A stretch of 63,900 nucleotides of DNA, filler included, from Octopus bimaculoides (lineage: Eukaryota): assembly GCF_001194135.2 (NCBI RefSeq). It is 5 parts of 5 records of this genome, joined end to end, with 100 filler letters (N's around TTAATTAATTAA, not from the genome) between each part and the next. Parts side by side here need not be neighbours in the genome. Positions count along the whole stretch, not along the records: positions 60,457 to 63,900 come from NC_069010.1; 4 more parts are not named here. One strand, written 5' to 3'. Both the position numbers and the translations under genes were made by a program. This document shows positions 63,636 through 63,900 of the stretch, piece by piece. The first letter of the stretch is position 1; each line of letters opens with the position of its first letter. The notes beneath the pieces were generated by a model. That model was not told where the DNA came from and searched no databases. It worked only from the letters and a program-made list of their open reading frames with translations.

Positions 63636-63745
63636 GGGGCAACATGAAATGAAGTGTTTTGCTCAAGGCTACAATGCACTGCCCAGCCTTGGAATTGAAC
63701 CCACGATCTATCAATCATGAGTGTAACAGCCTAATGTTACAACAA
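63636..63745 (-). mobile_element. SINE family C
   Basis: AACATGAAATGAAGTGTTTTGCTCAAGG...GGAATTGAACCCAC. Confidence 0.7.
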
Positions 63746-63849
63746 AGCCAAGGCGGTGATTAAATTTCCGTAGCACTTACACAGCCTTACTTGCCATTTT
63801 GGGTCTTCTGGATAGCAAAACCTCACATATATATATTTATATATATATT

Positions 63850-63900
<51 letters not shown>

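Overview
AT-rich, microsatellite-saturated eukaryotic scaffold with about 10 kb (about 16%) of N gaps. The SINE repertoire strongly suggests an octopus genome (inference from repeat sequence recognition, not a database hit). One confident protein-coding exon is present: a 116-nt minus-strand exon at 45159-45274 with canonical splice sites, encoding part of the DID/FH3 armadillo region of an INF2-like (inverted formin-2) protein. Most of the window is therefore probably giant intron of that gene. The rest is decayed transposable elements: three tRNA-derived SINE families, a fourth abundant ~200-bp repeat, CR1-group, RTE, L1/Tx1 and CRE-like LINE fragments, a Penelope-like element with a hammerhead-like motif, and Tc1/mariner, pogo/Tigger and hAT MITEs. 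Tandem arrays, microsatellites and four artificial scaffold linkers are also present. The most unusual structures are long foldback elements, two carrying tRNA-like sequence. One is an interleaved A-B-A'-B' double inverted repeat 1.3 kb downstream of the INF2 exon, and two of the foldbacks share an identical 12-bp junction motif. Nearly all long ORFs in the supplied track are artefacts of N runs and simple repeats. No rRNA, CRISPR or intact TE ORF was found.
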